The translations under genes were made by a program, and so were the position numbers. Below are positions 63,183 through 64,000 of a stretch of 64,000 bases of DNA, one piece after another. The DNA is from Schmidtea polychroa (lineage: Eukaryota), in contig CM097886.1 of assembly GCA_044892525.1 (NCBI GenBank), forward strand, positions 36,456,001 to 36,520,000. Direction: 5' to 3'. Position 1 is the stretch's first letter. Each line of letters opens with the position of its first letter. The notes below the pieces were generated by a model, which was not told the DNA's origin, did not search any database, and worked only from the letters and a program-made list of their open reading frames with translations.

Positions 63183-64000
63183 AAAATAACGAAGGTTAGA
63201 CACAATTTGATAAAATTAATTCCTTTGACAAAAACACATTTTGTTTGAACAGAATAGCAAATCTATATAAATAGGATCGCTAAGAGAAATGAGCAATATA
63301 AACAATTAAAAATATTGTTAAAAAATAAAATTATTGTCCATAAAGTGAAATAAAAAAATGGTATCTCTATCATTTATATTTTCTTTTTTTTAAAAGAAAA
63401 TAATGATAAAATATTTTCAAGCAAGCATTTAAAAAAAAATTTAAAATAATTTTTAAAAACTTACAAATGAATTAATCAACCACAAATTTACAGCTGCTGT
63501 AATTTGAAAATTTTTTTAATTTGTTAAATTGTGAACAAAAAAAACAAAAATAAAATTTATTTCAAATTCAACAATGTTAATGTGAGCGCGTGTGTGAATG
63601 AATGTCAGAAAAACAATTTATTGATAAAATTAAATCAGCGGAAGTCAATTTTACAAATACGCAAAAAATAGCCTACAGCTTTGCAATAAATTATTATAAA
63701 AATTCAAAAAAATTATTGTAAATTTTATTCTCGAAAATTGAAGATAAATTAATATTTATTGGTTTTTAATTATTTATAAATGTGATTTTAAATTGATTTT
63801 ATATCAGTCTTTTAGAAATTTTAGAACCATAAAATTAGAATTTTATTTTTAAAAAATCGGCAAAATTTCAAACAATTCCAATTTGATTGAAGTATTTTCT
63901 CCCTCTATAAGTACTGGTCGTAAGGGTACTGGTCGTAAGGGTCATATTTTATATTTTTTTACTGGTGTGTTTTAATGATTTTATTTAGGCAATATATTTG

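Noticed and set aside
63911-63943. Tandem GTACTGGTCGTAAGG duplication
   Set aside because: Only two copies near the window edge, with nothing to tie it to a function.

Overview
Very AT-rich, repeat-dense eukaryotic (probably invertebrate animal) DNA with three assembly gaps and no host gene I can call with confidence. The dominant structure is a ~14-kb near-perfect palindrome. Its arms are ~16757-22331 and ~24074-30725, around a 1.74-kb spacer. The core is a reduced Polinton/Maverick (adintovirus-like) module: an uninterrupted 430-aa major capsid ORF, a Walker-A-less packaging ATPase, and a 518-aa ORF joining a zinc finger, a parvovirus-type PLA2 domain and a retroviral-type integrase. From the inside out, each arm carries three tRNA-like Pol III promoter units, a 98-aa orphan ORF, a CpG-rich hairpin region, a 246-bp TIR element and a rearranged Penelope-like element. 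That element has a 5' inversion, a 1-kb filler matching a locus 10 kb upstream, and a minimal hammerhead-like motif. Elsewhere there is a second, decayed Polinton of a different type, two hAT transposases, several MITEs with clean TSDs, a pogo fragment, two Gypsy pol fragments, three solo LTRs of one family, a second Penelope fragment, a foldback-like element and microsatellites. All protein calls come from motif recognition by eye; no searches were run.
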